A stretch of 7,224 bases of DNA from Promethearchaeia archaeon (GTDB lineage Archaea > Asgardarchaeota > Lokiarchaeia > Sigyniarchaeales > SOKP01). This document shows positions 1-6,215 of the stretch, in pieces (the stretch's first letter is position 1; every line of letters starts with the position of its first letter). The translations under genes were made by a program, and so were the position numbers. The notes beneath the pieces are model-generated. The model saw only the letters and a list, made by a program, of their open reading frames with translations. It was not told the DNA's origin and made no database searches. The DNA lies in NCBI GenBank assembly GCA_046497275.1, contig JAWOFX010000153.1, positions 1 through 7,224 on the forward strand, read 5' to 3'.

Positions 1-174
1 ACACCTAAAGCTGTATATTTTGTAAAAGCACTTCCAAAAACACGTTCTGGAAAAGTAATAAGGAGAGCTATAAAGAATTTAGCTGAAGGGAAAGAACCGG
101 GCGACTTAAGTACAATAGAAGACCCATCCACTATTGATAAAATAAGAAATATCTTAGAAGAAGCAACAAAATAG
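1..174 (+). CDS. acs: 3' end (57 aa, 5'-truncated by the window) of an AMP-forming acyl-CoA synthetase, acetyl-CoA synthetase-like
   Basis: Frame 1 reads TPKAVYFVKALPKTRSGKVIRRAIKNLAEGKEPGDLSTIEDPSTIDKIRNILEEATK, with TAG at 172-174. LPKTRSGK is the A10 motif of ANL adenylate-forming enzymes. GDLSTIEDP matches the Acs C-terminal GD.ST..DP motif. Substrate specificity cannot be fixed from this fragment. Confidence 0.85.
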   Translation, partial: TPKAVYFVKALPKTRSGKVIRRAIKNLAEGKEPGDLSTIEDPSTIDKIRNILEEATK

Positions 175-185
175 GTATAAAACAC

Positions 186-206
186 TATTTCTTCTCTTTT
201 TTTTAT
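186..206 (+). terminator. Oligo-T terminator after the acs-like gene
   Basis: Pyrimidine tract tatttcttctctttttttt (T8 at 197-204) starts about 12 nt after the stop codon, typical of archaeal intrinsic termination. Confidence 0.6.
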
Positions 207-285
207 ATCTATTAAATTCTATCCAAAATCGGAACCTAACTACTATTCTTTAATTAAACCTAAGAAACAAGCCTTTATTATTAGC

Positions 286-312
286 TAAAAATAAGAAAGA
301 AAAGGAATAATA
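286..312 (-). terminator. Oligo-pyrimidine terminator after the MaoC gene
   Basis: The minus strand reads ...attattccttttctttcttatttttag just downstream of the stop at 325-327, convergent with the acs terminator. Confidence 0.5.
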
Positions 313-324
313 TGATTTTTAAGA

Positions 325-768
325 TTAATTCATAACCATTACAACAGCTTCTCCGTCTGTTACCATCTCTTCATTTTGGTTAAAAACTTGAGTGGTACAT
401 CGAATAAATTTTAGTTTTCCGTCCTTTTTAGTATATTTTTCCTTTATTGTCGCTACCGCAGTCAATTCATCACCAAAATATACAGGTTTAACGAATCTTA
501 CTGTTTGTTCTCCATATAATATTCCCGCTCCGAATAATTCCATTCCTAAAACGGCAGAAATCAAACCAACACTTATCACTCCATGTGCAACTTGCTCACC
601 AAACATTTGTGTTTTTGCAAATTCTGGATTTACATGAAGTGGATTATAATCGCCGGAAACCTCAGCAAACTTCATGACATCTTCTTCGGTAATTTTTTTC
701 GTAAATTTCGCTAAATCGCCTACTTCGTAATCATCAAACTTAACGGGTTCTAAATTAGATTCACTCAT
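325..768 (-). CDS. MaoC/PhaJ-family (R)-specific enoyl-CoA hydratase (hot-dog fold), 147 aa
   Basis: FAEVSGDYNPLH carries the catalytic Asp/His of the hydratase-2 motif. VAHG and RFVKPVYFGDEL are also typical of MaoC_dehydratas. Confidence 0.92.
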   Translation of the reverse strand: MSESNLEPVKFDDYEVGDLAKFTKKITEEDVMKFAEVSGDYNPLHVNPEFAKTQMFGEQVAHGVISVGLISAVLGMELFGAGILYGEQTVRFVKPVYFGDELTAVATIKEKYTKKDGKLKFIRCTTQVFNQNEEMVTDGEAVVMVMN

Positions 769-791
769 AATAATATTAATTATTTTTTAAC

Positions 792-808
792 AATAAAAAG
801 GTTTTTTT
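792..808 (-). promoter_or_regulatory. BRE/TATA-like promoter of the MaoC gene
   Basis: The minus strand reads AAAAAAACC-TTTTTATT, with the TATA-like octamer at 792-799, 24-31 nt upstream of the ATG at 768. No Shine-Dalgarno sequence is visible. Confidence 0.55.
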
Positions 809-940
809 GAACTTTATACTAAAAGTAAAAAGAGTTCATATAATCAATTTTTATTCCAAACATTAAGGATGAGACGATTAAATACTAGTTGAGGAAATAT
901 AGTAGTAATGGAATTTTTTCTTTGGTGGCGTTCTTAATCA

Positions 941-1608
941 ATGTATATAAAAATCTCAAATAATACTGCATATAAAATAGAACTTTTAGGATTCTTAGTT
1001 TCTATTGTTTTCTGTGCCCTCGCTATGATATTTTATACAAGGGGTACCAAAATGAATCCAAGCGCTCCAAGTTATAGTTTTTGGTTTAATACAATCAGTG
1101 ATTCGGGGAGATTAGTAGCCCATAATGGAGAATTGAACTTAATTTCCTTGATATTTTTAATAACTGCATGGAATGTGCTTGGTCTAACGTGGATCCCTTT
1201 CTATGTAGTATTTCCAAGGATATTTGAGGAAGGTACACCTGAAAAAAATTATCAGAAAAAGGGGCTTATTTAGGAATTTTCGCGTCTATTGCCCATATCG
1301 CAGTTTTTCTTGCCCCTGTGGATGTCTTTTTCTTAGCACATTATCTAATCGCATTTATTATGTATATAACGTTACTTTCTACCATGATCCTTTCTACCTT
1401 GACCATAAAACGAAGTGAAAAATTTTCTAAACAATATCAATATACCTTTATGATATTTACTGGGCTTTTCTTTTTATATGTAATTTTAGCTCTTATCTCA
1501 CTAGGTATAAGTGTCTGTGAACTAATGACAATCTTTCAAAAAATAGGTAGATTTTCAATTTATGCTGGTTTTATCGTTTTAACCATCGGAGGTTGGAAAA
1601 TAGATTAA
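941..1608 (+). pseudogene. DUF998-like six-TM membrane protein gene interrupted by a -1 frameshift in an A7 run (1242-1248); pseudogene, recoded gene or assembly error
   Basis: ORF 941-1273 has the YSFWFNTISDSG...NG motif and two TM segments. The frame of ORF 1318-1608 stays open back to 1243 (KKLSEKGAYLGIFASIAHIAVFLAPVDVFF...). One extra A joins both into a continuous ~222-aa protein with six hydrophobic segments. The DUF998 call is from motif recall (YS...N.ISDLG), not from a search. Confidence 0.7.
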
Positions 1609-1614
1609 AATTAC

Positions 1615-1661
1615 GGATAATTTTTTCTATCCTAGGGATTTTTTTCTTATTCTTTTTTACT
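1615..1661 (+). terminator. Short hairpin plus T-tract terminator after the membrane-protein gene
   Basis: GGATA(1615-1619)...TATCC(1628-1632) inverted repeat, followed by T-runs (tttttttcttattctttttt). Confidence 0.5.
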
Positions 1662-1777
1662 ATTAAGAAACTATAGAATGAATAATTATTATTCTGAACT
1701 TCAAAATATTTATTTTTTAAATTATTACTATAATAAGCAAAATTATAATTGTGTATAATTAATTAGTGTGAATAAAA

Positions 1778-3037
1778 ATGGGAAAATTAGCAAAAAAGGT
1801 TGCCATGGTCGGAGCCGGAATGTGTAAATTTGGACGGAATTTTCCAGAGAAACGCAATCCCGATATGTGGATTGATGCTTGGTTGGATGCTATCGACAAA
1901 ACGGATAACGGTATAGAACCAAAAGATATTGACGCGTGCTATGTTGGTAATTACTCTTCTGATTTATTTAATCACCAAGGTCATTTAGGTCCTCAGCTAA
2001 CTAATTTAGTAGGATTAACACCTAAACCTACTGCAAGATTTGAGGGTGCTTGTGCATCTAGTGGAATAGCATTAAGACAAGCTGTATTAGCAATAGCTGC
2101 TGGGGTTCATGACGTAATAGCTGTTGCTGGTGTGGAATGTATGACCGAACTGCCTACTACGGGCGTAACAGACGTATTAGCCACAGCCTCGGATACTCTC
2201 TTTGAATATCCCGCAGGAGCAACTTTTCCAGGGCTCTATGCTACTATCGCCTCTGCTCATTTCGAGAAATATGGAACTAGCCATGAAGATTTAATGAGAG
2301 TGGGAATTAAAAATCACGTCAATGGAGCTGAAAATCCATATGCTCAAATGCAAGAATCTATAGCAGATATGATGAAAAGTAAGCAGGTAAAATATGAGGA
2401 ACAAGGACGAGATGTTCCCGATTGGAATGATGAGTTTGATTTCTTGAAAAGTTCTTCAAATCCTATTATCGCTTATCCATTACGTCTTTTTGATTGTAGT
2501 TTAATCACTGATGGAGCAGCATGCTTGTTTCTCGCATCCGAAGAAGTAGCGAGAAATTTTACAGACACGCCAATATGGATTAGTGGTTCGGGACATGGAA
2601 GCGCTGCATTATCTCTGCATGATAGGGATTCTTTAACTTCATTCATCGCAACGAAGGAAGCTTCTCGCCAAGCATACGAAATGTCCGGTTTGGGTCCTAA
2701 AGATATTCAAATCGCAGAGGTTCATGACTGTTTTACAATTGCTGAAATTTTAGCTATGGAAGATTTAGGTTTTTATGAGAAAGGGAAAGCTGTTGAAGCA
2801 GTAAAAAATGGAGAATCTAAACTAGATGGATCATTACCCATCAATACGAGTGGAGGATTAAAGAGTAAGGGGCATCCTGTTGGAGCAACTGGTGCGGCTC
2901 AAGCTGTTGAAATCTTCAAACAAATGCGAGGCATAGCGGAAAGAAAGAGGCAAGTGAAATTTGATGTTGAGAGAGCTTTAACACATAATTTAGGAGGATC
3001 TGGCGGTACTTGTGTCGTCACGATCTATGAAAAATAG
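1778..3037 (+). CDS. Thiolase (acetyl-CoA C-acyltransferase), archaeal/SCP2-thiolase-like clade, 419 aa
   Basis: KKVAMVGAGMCKFG N-terminus; EGACASSG with catalytic Cys92; EVHDCF (His316); SKGHPVGATG (His366); HNLGGSG C-terminal loop. Upstream GTGA is SD-like. Confidence 0.95.
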   Translation: MGKLAKKVAMVGAGMCKFGRNFPEKRNPDMWIDAWLDAIDKTDNGIEPKDIDACYVGNYSSDLFNHQGHLGPQLTNLVGLTPKPTARFEGACASSGIALRQAVLAIAAGVHDVIAVAGVECMTELPTTGVTDVLATASDTLFEYPAGATFPGLYATIASAHFEKYGTSHEDLMRVGIKNHVNGAENPYAQMQESIADMMKSKQVKYEEQGRDVPDWNDEFDFLKSSSNPIIAYPLRLFDCSLITDGAACLFLASEEVARNFTDTPIWISGSGHGSAALSLHDRDSLTSFIATKEASRQAYEMSGLGPKDIQIAEVHDCFTIAEILAMEDLGFYEKGKAVEAVKNGESKLDGSLPINTSGGLKSKGHPVGATGAAQAVEIFKQMRGIAERKRQVKFDVERALTHNLGGSGGTCVVTIYEK

Positions 3038-3042
3038 AGGTG
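3037..3042 (+). promoter_or_regulatory. Shine-Dalgarno GAGGTG overlapping the thiolase stop codon (translational coupling to DUF35)
   Basis: The sequence TAGAGGTGctataaaaATG places the SD 8 nt before the ATG at 3051. Confidence 0.75.
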
Positions 3043-3050
3043 CTATAAAA

Positions 3051-3470
3051 ATGTCAAATGAAAAAGATTTTACGATTGAGAGTTATTTAGAATATATTAG
3101 GAATAAGAAACTTATGGGTACAAAATGTAAAAACTGTGGAGAAATGTATATCCCCGTACGAAAGCTTTGTACAAAATGTAACACTGCTAATATGGAATGG
3201 GTTGAAATGTCTGGAGAGGGAGAATTAGCCGCTTTTACGAGTATAACTGTAGGAACTCCTTATTTTGTGGAAAAAGGGTATGATAGAAAAAATCCTTATT
3301 GTTTTTCTGTAATCAAACTTAAAGAAGGACCTATGGTTAGCGCCCAACTAGTAGGCATTGACGAAAGTAAGCCGGAGGAAATTAAGATTGGAATGCCTCT
3401 CAAAGTCACCTTTTTAGAAACAGAGATTAGGGGAGAGACGAAAGTAGATCTAGGTTTTGAACCAGCATAA
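3051..3470 (+). CDS. DUF35/ChsH2-type Zn-ribbon + OB-fold acyl-CoA-binding protein, thiolase partner, 139 aa
   Basis: CKNC...CTKC zinc ribbon, then SGEGELAAFT, PY...IKLKEGP and IKIGMPLKVTF OB-fold motifs. Start corrected from the track's GTG at 3012 to the ATG at 3051 because of the SD and the absence of overlap. Confidence 0.92.
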   Translation: MSNEKDFTIESYLEYIRNKKLMGTKCKNCGEMYIPVRKLCTKCNTANMEWVEMSGEGELAAFTSITVGTPYFVEKGYDRKNPYCFSVIKLKEGPMVSAQLVGIDESKPEEIKIGMPLKVTFLETEIRGETKVDLGFEPA

Positions 3471-3478
3471 TTAAAGAT

Positions 3479-3516
3479 CTATATATTTTTATTTTTTCAC
3501 TTTTATATATTTTTTT
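3479..3516 (+). promoter_or_regulatory. T-rich terminator of the thiolase operon combined with a TATA box (TTTATATA, 3502-3509) for the M28 gene
   Basis: T-tracts follow the DUF35 stop. The TTTATATA octamer predicts a start site near 3532, downstream of the track's TTG start at 3515. Confidence 0.5.
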
Positions 3517-3544
3517 GATAATTTTAGCAAATTATATTATTACG

Positions 3545-4705
3545 GTGTTTTTAATAAAGAAAAAAGTAGCTCTCTTTGTCATTCTTGTAATTTTTATTAC
3601 TGGAGGAATTTTCATTATAGTGTATAATTTACTTTCTCCCTCAAAATTAATAGCAAATAATTTGGATATAGACCTTCAATATAATGCGGGAAATTCTTAT
3701 ATCTATATCAAGAATCAAACGATGGATATTGGTAATAGAATCCCCGGAACAAATAAAAGTAAGGAATGCATCCGGTTTTTTATTTCTAAATTTCATGAGA
3801 TTGATTCCAATTTCTCATATTATTATCATAATTTTTCTGTATTAGGAGTTAATTGTTCAAATATTTTATTCAAATTAAATAAAGAAAAAGAACATATCAT
3901 CATTTTAGGAGCGCATTTCGATTCCAGAGCAAGAGCTACTAAAGATAGTGGGAATATAAATCAACCCGTACCAGGGGCAAATGATGGAGCAAGCGGCTGC
4001 GCAGCTTTAATCGAACTTGCAAGAATTTTTTATAGCAAAAGGAATAATCTAAGTGCTCAAATTTGGTTTCTCTTTTTTGATGCTGAAGATCAAGGTATTG
4101 ATGAAAGTTATGGGATATATGGATGGGATTGGTGTGAAGGCTCAAAACGATTTGTTAATCAACTCGATAATTTTTATAACTCTAATGATGAAATTATTGA
4201 TTGCATGATTCTTTTAGATATGATTGGAGGGACAGGATTAGAATTTATCAATGAACAGTATTCTACCTCTTCATTACTTGATGAGATTTTTGTTGTTGGA
4301 CGCGCTTTGGGCTATACTCACGCATTTCCTAGTAATCCCACTGTCAACTCAATCATAGATGATCATAAAGCATTTGTTGATGCTAACATTCCATCTGCGG
4401 ATCTAATAATAAATTTCTGGAATAATCCCTCTTGGCCATTCCACCATACTTTAAATGATACAATTAATCATATCTCTAATGAAAGTTTAACTGCTACAGG
4501 GAAAACAATTGAACAATTTGTGTATAATAATTATCTTGATGTACCGTGGAATACTTACCGGGGGAATTTTCCTTGGACCTCAGATAAAAACCTTTTGAAT
4601 ACTGAGATTATATTTCAAATCTTGATTTTAATAGGATTTGTCTCCGTTGGAATTATCATTTATTTGGTTTATGAACACCAAAAGAGTAAATCTGCAAATT
4701 TATGA
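3545..4705 (+). CDS. Membrane-anchored M28-family zinc enzyme, type II glutaminyl-peptide cyclotransferase-like (~386 aa; start uncertain, GTG 3545 preferred over TTG 3515)
   Basis: M28 motifs GAHFDSR, GANDGASG, FFDAEDQG, WCEGS, LLDMIGG, IIDDH and FHHT. N-terminal KKK plus TM segment, C-terminal TM segment, and eight N-X-S/T sequons between them. The M28 call is firm; QC activity is an inference. Confidence 0.85.
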   Translation: MFLIKKKVALFVILVIFITGGIFIIVYNLLSPSKLIANNLDIDLQYNAGNSYIYIKNQTMDIGNRIPGTNKSKECIRFFISKFHEIDSNFSYYYHNFSVLGVNCSNILFKLNKEKEHIIILGAHFDSRARATKDSGNINQPVPGANDGASGCAALIELARIFYSKRNNLSAQIWFLFFDAEDQGIDESYGIYGWDWCEGSKRFVNQLDNFYNSNDEIIDCMILLDMIGGTGLEFINEQYSTSSLLDEIFVVGRALGYTHAFPSNPTVNSIIDDHKAFVDANIPSADLIINFWNNPSWPFHHTLNDTINHISNESLTATGKTIEQFVYNNYLDVPWNTYRGNFPWTSDKNLLNTEIIFQILILIGFVSVGIIIYLVYEHQKSKSANL

Positions 4706-4820
4706 TATAATAACTCCCAATAGATTTTCAAGGAATTTTTATCTAACTTTTAATATGTATAACGAAACTTATTTTTCAGATCATATTTTTTTAATAATAA
4801 TTGAAAAATTTTGAACTAAA

Positions 4821-5471
4821 ATGGAAAGTACTTCTAAAAAAAAACCCTCCTCAACATCCAAAGAACCTCGTTCTAAGAAAAAAATCATTATTTCAGTAAT
4901 AGTTATTATTCTTGCTATCTCTTCACCTTTTCTAATATATTGGATCCTTCAGTTGTCTTTAAAAACGAGCTCTCCCATGGTTGTGGTCGTATCTGGATCC
5001 ATGGAACCAACTTTATCAAGGGGTGATCTCTTGTTTCTATACGGGAAGGATCCCGCGGATATTAGAAATGGAACTGCATTAGAAAAAAATGGAGATATTA
5101 TCGTATTTGATGCTCATGGATATTGGCCTCTTCCCCCTGCTGAACCCGTTGTCCATCGAGTGATTGATAAAAGATTTGAAAATGGAACATGGTGGTTTAA
5201 AACTAAAGGAGATGATAACACTATAGAAGATCCTTGGATACCGGAGAATCAAATATTCGGAGTTGTAGTTGGTGTTATCCCTTATATAGGTTGGGTGAAA
5301 ATATTTTTCACAGAGTCTGGGTTGTTAATTCCTATCATTATTATCATATTTGGAATTCTAATCATAAGCTTGATTTCCGATGTTATGAAAGAATCAAAAG
5401 AGAAACAACAATCTAAAAATGAAGACTTTTCTGATTCCAATCATACAAAAGCAGAAAAATTCACAAAATAG
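4821..5471 (+). CDS. sec11: Signal peptidase I, ER/archaeal type (S26B, Sec11/SPC18-like), 216 aa
   Basis: SPMVVVVSGSMEPTLSRGDLLFL (catalytic Ser), PVVHRV (catalytic His), TKGDDN and IPYIGWV, with TM segments on both sides of the catalytic domain. These motifs closely follow eukaryotic Sec11. Confidence 0.95.
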   Translation: MESTSKKKPSSTSKEPRSKKKIIISVIVIILAISSPFLIYWILQLSLKTSSPMVVVVSGSMEPTLSRGDLLFLYGKDPADIRNGTALEKNGDIIVFDAHGYWPLPPAEPVVHRVIDKRFENGTWWFKTKGDDNTIEDPWIPENQIFGVVVGVIPYIGWVKIFFTESGLLIPIIIIIFGILIISLISDVMKESKEKQQSKNEDFSDSNHTKAEKFTK

Positions 5472-5550
5472 TATTTTTCCTCTATAAATTATAGCATAAT
5501 TAGGGTATAATTGGCCTCTCTAGATTAAAAATATCGAATTATTTACCCTA

Positions 5551-5567
5551 TAATAAACTTTAAAAAA
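5551..5567 (+). promoter_or_regulatory. Candidate BRE/TATA promoter of alba
   Basis: TAATAAAC-TTTAAAAA (TATA at 5559-5566) has the same form as the histone promoter. An alternative TTTTATAT lies at 5601-5608. SD GAGGT is at 5727-5731. Confidence 0.4.
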
Positions 5568-5739
5568 TCTTTCAGTTTATTTAAATTACCCATATTATAT
5601 TTTTATATGATAAGGAAATTATCGTAATTGAAATACACCCGAATTAATTACGAAAAACTGTAAGATACACACTACAGTAAAGCAAAATAGATATTCAAAA
5701 AAAAATTCAAACCAATACAAACAACAGAGGTAAAATATT

Positions 5740-6018
5740 ATGGCAAAAGATGAAAATGCTGTATATGTTGGTCGCAGGCCCACAATGAATTATGTAATGG
5801 CGACAATGATGATTCTCAATAAAGGAGAGAATTGTGTCGTCAAAGCAAGAGGAAGAGCAATCTCTCATGCAGTAGATGTTTGCGAAATTTTACGAAACAG
5901 ATTTTTAAAAGGAACTGAATACGAAGATATTAAACTCAGCACCGAAACTTTAGAAGGGGAGAACGGTCAAAGCAACAACGTGAGCAGCATAGAGATAACA
6001 TTAAAGCCTCCAGAGTAA
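5740..6018 (+). CDS. albA: DNA/RNA-binding protein Alba (Sac10b family), 92 aa
   Basis: VYVG..P.MNYV, VKARGRAIS.AVDV.EI.RNRFL and VSSIEI.L are all Alba1 signatures. Strong SD GAGGT 8 nt upstream. Confidence 0.96.
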   Translation: MAKDENAVYVGRRPTMNYVMATMMILNKGENCVVKARGRAISHAVDVCEILRNRFLKGTEYEDIKLSTETLEGENGQSNNVSSIEITLKPPE

Positions 6019-6068
6019 AAAAATGGCTTAGTTAGAACATAAGTACTTAGATACTTAGAAATCAACAA

Positions 6069-6121
6069 CTCTTTTTTTTAATATTTTAATAATTAATATT
6101 CCCTATTTTTGACCTTTTTTC
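6069..6121 (+). terminator. Oligo-T terminators after alba
   Basis: T8 at 6072-6079, with further T5/T6 runs to 6120. These separate alba from the downstream small gene. Confidence 0.6.
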
Positions 6122-6166
6122 TGTAATTTAAGAAAATATTGAGAATGCTATGAAAAAATATTGGAG

Positions 6167-6174
6167 TTTAAATA
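6167..6174 (+). promoter_or_regulatory. TATA box of the small secreted-peptide gene
   Basis: Canonical archaeal TTTAAATA 47 nt upstream of the ATG at 6221, predicting a start site near 6197-6200. The BRE match is weak. Confidence 0.55.
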
Positions 6175-6193
6175 ATAAATTATGGAAATATAG

Positions 6194-6215
6194 ATACCAA
6201 TAAGATAATTGGTAT
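6194..6215. promoter_or_regulatory. Perfect palindrome ATACCAAT-N6-ATTGGTAT (operator or 5'-UTR hairpin)
   Basis: Arms at 6194-6201 and 6208-6215 are exact reverse complements. The element spans the predicted start site and the SD-like GGTATGA. Confidence 0.6.

Noticed and set aside
392-637. 81-aa plus-strand ORF from the track
   Set aside because: Antisense shadow inside the well-supported MaoC gene, with no motif or start signals.
1224-1418. 64-aa ORF from the track
   Set aside because: Third-frame overlap across the frameshifted membrane gene. The other two frames account for the coding signal.
1318-1608. Independent 96-aa gene starting at GTG 1318
   Set aside because: The frame is open back to 1243 and continues the upstream hydrophobic protein, so it is treated as the 3' half of one split gene.
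1778-3037. Ltp2-like retro-aldolase assignment for the thiolase-fold gene
   Set aside because: The nucleophilic Cys in GACAS is intact, whereas Ltp2 aldolases lack it.
3012-3050. Extended DUF35 N-terminus from GTG 3012
   Set aside because: It overlaps the thiolase end. The ATG at 3051 has a strong GAGGTG SD.
3515-3544. TTG 3515 start for the M28 gene
   Set aside because: It lies only 5 nt after a TATA box (3502-3509), upstream of the expected start site, in T-rich intergenic-like DNA.
3939-4145. 68-aa minus-strand ORF from the track
   Set aside because: Antisense shadow of the M28 catalytic domain.
4685-4705. ER-retrieval dilysine signals at the C-termini of the M28 protein (KSKSANL) and Sec11 (KAEKFTK)
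   Set aside because: The lysines are not at the -3/-4 or -3/-5 positions required for KKxx or KxKxx.
5234-5416. 60-aa alternative-frame ORF
   Set aside because: Lies wholly inside sec11 in another frame, with no supporting signals.
5501-5550. Inverted repeat TAGGGTA...TACCCTA after sec11 as a MITE or IS remnant
   Set aside because: Arms are short and bulged, with no target-site duplication or transposase. At most a terminator-associated hairpin.
6044-6059. Tandem repeat TACTTAGA x2 after alba
   Set aside because: Only two 8-nt copies with no spacers. Not CRISPR or an IS end; probably a slippage duplication.
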